Assembly (NCBI GenBank): GCA_963663495.1
Contig: OY760427.1
Span: 2,524,040 to 2,588,039, forward strand
Source of the DNA: Rhodothermales bacterium
GTDB lineage: Bacteria; Bacteroidota; Rhodothermia; Rhodothermales; Bin80
Direction of reading: 5' to 3'
Length of the DNA: 64,000 nucleotides
Part shown: piece after piece, positions 61,575 to 64,000 of the stretch
Numbering within the stretch: the stretch's first letter is position 1
How the letters are laid out: every line of letters begins with the position of its first letter
The notes under the pieces: generated by a model
What the model was told of the DNA's origin: nothing
What the model saw: the letters and a program-made list of their open reading frames with translations, nothing else
The model's database searches: none
Translations under genes and position numbers: made by a program

Positions 61575-61966
61575 TTATGAGGCTGAGGTACCCCCACAAA
61601 TCTGCATCGTCAGCACTTTCTGGATTCCCTCACCGTTGGCGCTGTTGTGGAAAATCACTTCGATGGGTTCCGCGCCGCTTGTCCACAAGCGAACCGTAAC
61701 GAGACCAGCCATCGTGCCGCCGAACTCAACCGCAAACTTGCGACCTTAGAGAGCGGCACCGTGATGTAGTTCTTCTTGGTTCCGGTTATGCCCTTCTTAT
61801 CAATGGTGAGAATGCGGCGGTCGGTGACGATGAACAAGTCCCGAATTGTCTTGCAGGCGTACTCGACAGGCTCGCCGTCCGCCAGTACATGAGCGTAATC
61901 CGCCTGCACTCGTGCAGTATCAATACCCCCGTACATCTCCGATAGCGTCTTCGAAATACTGCCCAT
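61575..61966 (-). pseudogene. Bacterial PH-domain protein, apparently frameshifted
   Basis: IRDLFIVTDRRILTIDKKGITG matches bPH_1. The expected KFAVE...VRLWTSG continuation is in another frame after ~61740. Confidence 0.6.
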
Positions 61967-62045
61967 AATGCCCCTGAATAATGCTAATTGATCAAACGAG
62001 AATGAAAAGGCAGTTAAGGTCGCCTTGAATCCCCCTTTGGTGTAC

Positions 62046-63119
62046 CTATATCGCTGACGGGTTTACATGCATCGCCGCCATACGTTGCAGCACGACACTT
62101 GCTACTTCCCTGGTTGAAGCGCTCCCTCCCAGATCTCGGGTGAGTACGCCTCGGTTGATGGCCTCCGTGACTCCGCTACGGACCTGATGTGCGGCTGATG
62201 CCTCTCCTAAATGGTCCAGCATCATTGCCGCACTCAATATCGCCCCCATGGGGTTGGCAATGCCCTTTCCGGCGATGTCCGGTGCACTACCGTGGACCGG
62301 CTCAAACAGGCCTGCGCTGCCGCCAACGCTCGCCGATGGCAGTACGCCCAGGGAGCCGGGCAGCGTTGCGGCAAGGTCGGAGAGAATATCGCCAAACAGG
62401 TTGGCCGTCACGACCACATCAAACCGGCGCGGGTCCAGCACCATTTGCATTGCCGCGTTATCCACGTACAAGTCTGCGAGCTCAATTTGGTCAAACTCCT
62501 CACTATGTAATGCGTGCACGGTGTCACGCCATAGTCGCGAAACCTCCAGAACATTGGACTTATCCACCGATGTTACACTTCCGTTACGTGCTTCGGCGAG
62601 CCGGAAGGCAATCCGTGCAATGCGGATTATCTCTTCCCTATCGTACCGCATCGTATTGATCGCCGTGCCGTTGGCATTGCCCCTGGGCTCACCGAAGTAA
62701 ATCCCTCCGGTCAACTCGCGGACAATCACCATGTCTGCGCCTGCCGATGTTGCTACCGGTGAAAGTCTACCCAAGGCATCCGGGACGCTGATAGGACGCA
62801 GGTTCGCGTAAGCATCAAGAAGCTTCCGCAGAGACAACAACCCTGCCTCACAGCGCCTAGGTCCCGTCTCATGGTCCCATTTTGGGCCTCCAACAGCTCC
62901 AAGCAGGACCGCGTCGGTATCCGTGCAGGCTGCCCGCGTGGCTGCGGGCAGCGGATCTCCGGTTGCATCCAAGGCCTCCCCTCCCACCAGATGAAAAGCG
63001 AAGTCCATCGAAAAGTCGAAGGCCTCTGCCGCACCCTGCAAGATACGCACGGCTTCTCCTGTAACCTCGGGTCCTACTCCGTCTCCGGGTAGGACGACAA
63101 CATTGTACGCGCGGCTCAA
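62046..63119 (-). CDS. leuB: 3-isopropylmalate dehydrogenase
   Basis: LPGDGVGPEV, RELTGGIYFG, VDKSNVL, NLFGDILSD, EPVHGSAPDIAG. Confidence 0.96.
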   Translation of the reverse strand: MSRAYNVVVLPGDGVGPEVTGEAVRILQGAAEAFDFSMDFAFHLVGGEALDATGDPLPAATRAACTDTDAVLLGAVGGPKWDHETGPRRCEAGLLSLRKLLDAYANLRPISVPDALGRLSPVATSAGADMVIVRELTGGIYFGEPRGNANGTAINTMRYDREEIIRIARIAFRLAEARNGSVTSVDKSNVLEVSRLWRDTVHALHSEEFDQIELADLYVDNAAMQMVLDPRRFDVVVTANLFGDILSDLAATLPGSLGVLPSASVGGSAGLFEPVHGSAPDIAGKGIANPMGAILSAAMMLDHLGEASAAHQVRSGVTEAINRGVLTRDLGGSASTREVASVVLQRMAAMHVNPSAI

Positions 63120-63125
63120 AGTGTA

Positions 63126-64000
63126 TTACGCCGCCACGGGTTCTTCCTGCGGCACTTCTGCCCGCCGCAGCCAACTCATCATTTTGCGCAACTTTTTGCC
63201 AACAACTTCAACCGGATGATGCCGGGTTCGTGATCGGAGTCGATTAAAGTTGCGGTATCCGGATTCGCATTCGTTGATCCATTCCTCGGCGAAGGCGCCC
63301 GTCTGTATCTCATCCAGTATGCGGCGCATTTCCTGTTTAACCGTACTGTTAACCACGCGTGCTCCGCGCGTGTAGTTGCCATACTCAGCGGTGTCGCTGA
63401 TGCTGTAATTCATATACTCCAGCCCGCCTTCATAATACAGGTCAACGATGAGTTTCAGCTCGTGCAGGACCTCAAAATACGCGAGCTCGGGGGGATATCC
63501 GGCCTCTACCAGCGTTTCAAACCCGGCCTGAATGAGACCCTGAGAGCCTCCGCACAGGACTGCCTGTTCTCCAAACAGGTCGGTTTCTGTCTCGTCTTTA
63601 AAGGTGGTTTCGATCACGCCAGCCCGCGTACCGCCAATGGCATCGGCATAGCTGAGCGCAATGTCCAGCGCATTACCGGTGGAGTTCTGGGCTACCGCAA
63701 CCAGGCACGGCGTGCCGATGCCTTCGGTGTAGGTACGGCGAACCAGGTGTCCGGGTGACTTGGGCGCCACCATAAACACATCCACCCCCTCAGGAGGATT
63801 TATCTGACCGTAATGAACATTGAAGCCATGTCCGAAGGCCAGCGCGTTGCCCGGACGCATACGATGCGCGATCTGCGCATCGTACACCCGCTTCTGGTCC
63901 TGATCAGGGATAAGAATCATGACCACGTCTCCCCAGGCCGCCGCCTCTTCGATGCCCAAAGTCATAAGTCCGTGGCGCTCTGCCTCCGCTTTGGAAGCGG
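63126..64000 (-). CDS. ilvC: Ketol-acid reductoisomerase, 5' end outside the window
   Basis: [49 protein letters not shown]. Confidence 0.96.
   Translation of the reverse strand, partial: ASKAEAERHGLMTLGIEEAAAWGDVVMILIPDQDQKRVYDAQIAHRMRPGNALAFGHGFNVHYGQINPPEGVDVFMVAPKSPGHLVRRTYTEGIGTPCLVAVAQNSTGNALDIALSYADAIGGTRAGVIETTFKDETETDLFGEQAVLCGGSQGLIQAGFETLVEAGYPPELAYFEVLHELKLIVDLYYEGGLEYMNYSISDTAEYGNYTRGARVVNSTVKQEMRRILDEIQTGAFAEEWINECESGYRNFNRLRSRTRHHPVEVVGKKLRKMMSWLRRAEVPQEEPVAA

Overview
Bacterial genomic window, probably from a Rhodothermales/Bacteroidota-like organism (inferred from gene content and signal-peptide style). 1-16 kb is a decayed defence island and IS graveyard: a PHP+SMC-like ATPase (TrlF/Ppl-like), two hsdM remnants, an AlbA_2/Schlafen gene split by an insertion, and IS110, IS5/IS1182-like, IS4, IS21 and IS66 pieces. 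16-30.5 kb is housekeeping DNA (nucleoside MFS, LVIVD, DUF305, modAB, ppc). 30.9-42.6 kb holds an HExxH lipoprotein plus a secreted partner, amplified into a ~2.15-kb tandem array by IS4 fragments, with clustered non-synonymous variation in the partner. 42.8-64 kb holds the moaA-mobA-fdhF/ydeP-fdhD, arg and ilv/leu/cimA operons. The most striking observation is that tnpB sits in non-autonomous elements bounded by ~20-bp terminal inverted repeats (GGGRDTTATATnnnTGARTR) with perfect 8-bp target-site duplications at two independent sites (6986-8439 and 50952-52270), plus a third 3' remnant. This is a DDE-type (IS1595/ISNwi1-like) footprint rather than an IS200/605/607 one. The TIR lies between the conserved omegaRNA scaffold and the flanking DNA. 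No CRISPR array, rRNA or tRNA was seen.
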